IMG/VR virus record: IMGVR_UViG_3300045988_144194
Strand: one strand, 5' to 3'
DNA: 39,237 nt
Source of the DNA: a virus
In this document: positions 38,922 through 39,237 of the stretch, piece by piece
How positions within the stretch are numbered: the stretch's first letter is position 1
Layout of the letters: each line of letters opens with the position of its first letter
The notes under the pieces: generated by a model
Databases searched by the model: none
What the model was told of the DNA's origin: nothing
The model's input: only the letters and a program-made list of their open reading frames with translations
Translations under genes and position numbers: made by a program

Positions 38922-39237
38922 AGCGTTCCACGACATGGAGGGTCCCCTACAGCAACAACAGTATTTCGCTGACGCGCGTGGGTGATATCTGCTTCGCGGG
39001 CGGCAACGTGAAATTCAACCAGAGCGGCGAGAACAACTACACACAGGCGCGGGAGACCATACCCGTGGGGTATCGTCCAGCGGAAACGTCGAACGTTCCC
39101 ATCGCCGTGTTCGGCGGCAACACCACGTTCATCCTCTACGGCGAGCATACGGGCCGTGTGGTCATGCTCGGCAACCCGAACAACGCGTATGCGGGATGCA
39201 CCGGCGTATGGCGCACCACCGACCCCATGCCCGCGTA
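38909..39237 (+). other. Promoterless tail-fibre cassette B (right copy), open to the window edge
   Basis: Same as 1-316 on the opposite strand. 109 sense codons with no stop, in the DSLT register. Confidence 0.6.

Larger units (their letters stand above)
1..39237. mobile_element. Temperate siphovirus-like phage genome, permuted so that the attP junction is internal and the window ends lie inside the tail-fibre switching region
   Basis: Packaging, head, tail, lysis, recombination/replication, immunity and integration modules are contiguous. The integrase is followed by a tRNA-like att core with arm repeats on both sides, then by phage lysis-side genes. No obvious host genes are present. Confidence 0.85.
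38621..39237. repeat. Right copy of the perfect 617-bp inverted repeat (partner 1-617)
   Basis: See 1-617. Confidence 0.97.

Overview
This window is essentially one temperate siphovirus-type phage genome from a high-GC Gram-positive host (actinobacterial or bifidobacterial style). It is not a chromosome segment with flanks. Positions 331-30430 are almost entirely minus-strand genes. Read right to left they are an early region, a RecT/exonuclease/SSB recombination module, a replication initiator, a MazG-like gene, a HigB/HigA-like toxin-antitoxin pair, tRNA-Trp, an HNH nuclease, a PrimPol-like/PAPS-reductase-like trio, terminase, portal, capsid, connectors, major tail protein, chaperones, tape measure, Dit/Tal-like proteins and the receptor-binding tail fibre. 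Positions 30454-35423 are a plus-strand lysogeny block: an ImmR/ImmA-like repressor and protease pair, unknown genes, the integrase, an intact attP-like junction and a two-gene moron. Positions 35825-37662 (minus strand) are the lysis cassette. A tyrosine recombinase at 37749-38618 (plus strand) abuts promoterless tail-fibre C-terminal cassettes. The two window ends (1-617 and 38621-39237) are perfect inverted copies of each other. Each copy carries two copies of a 15-bp site, GGGTTAGGGAATCCC, placed exactly where the tail-fibre protein changes sequence. I read this as a Rin/shufflon-type receptor-binding-protein switching system whose invertible arc is cut by the window edges. A second unusual layer is recoding in the structural module. 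Three CCCAAA(A/C) -1 slippery heptamers sit at the 3' ends of the capsid, major tail and chaperone genes. A G8 tract joins two further ORFs. An Ig-like (Big_2-type) domain appears split across separate ORFs. All product calls come from motif recognition by eye, with no database search. The many long plus-strand ORFs antisense to structural genes are treated as high-GC artefacts.
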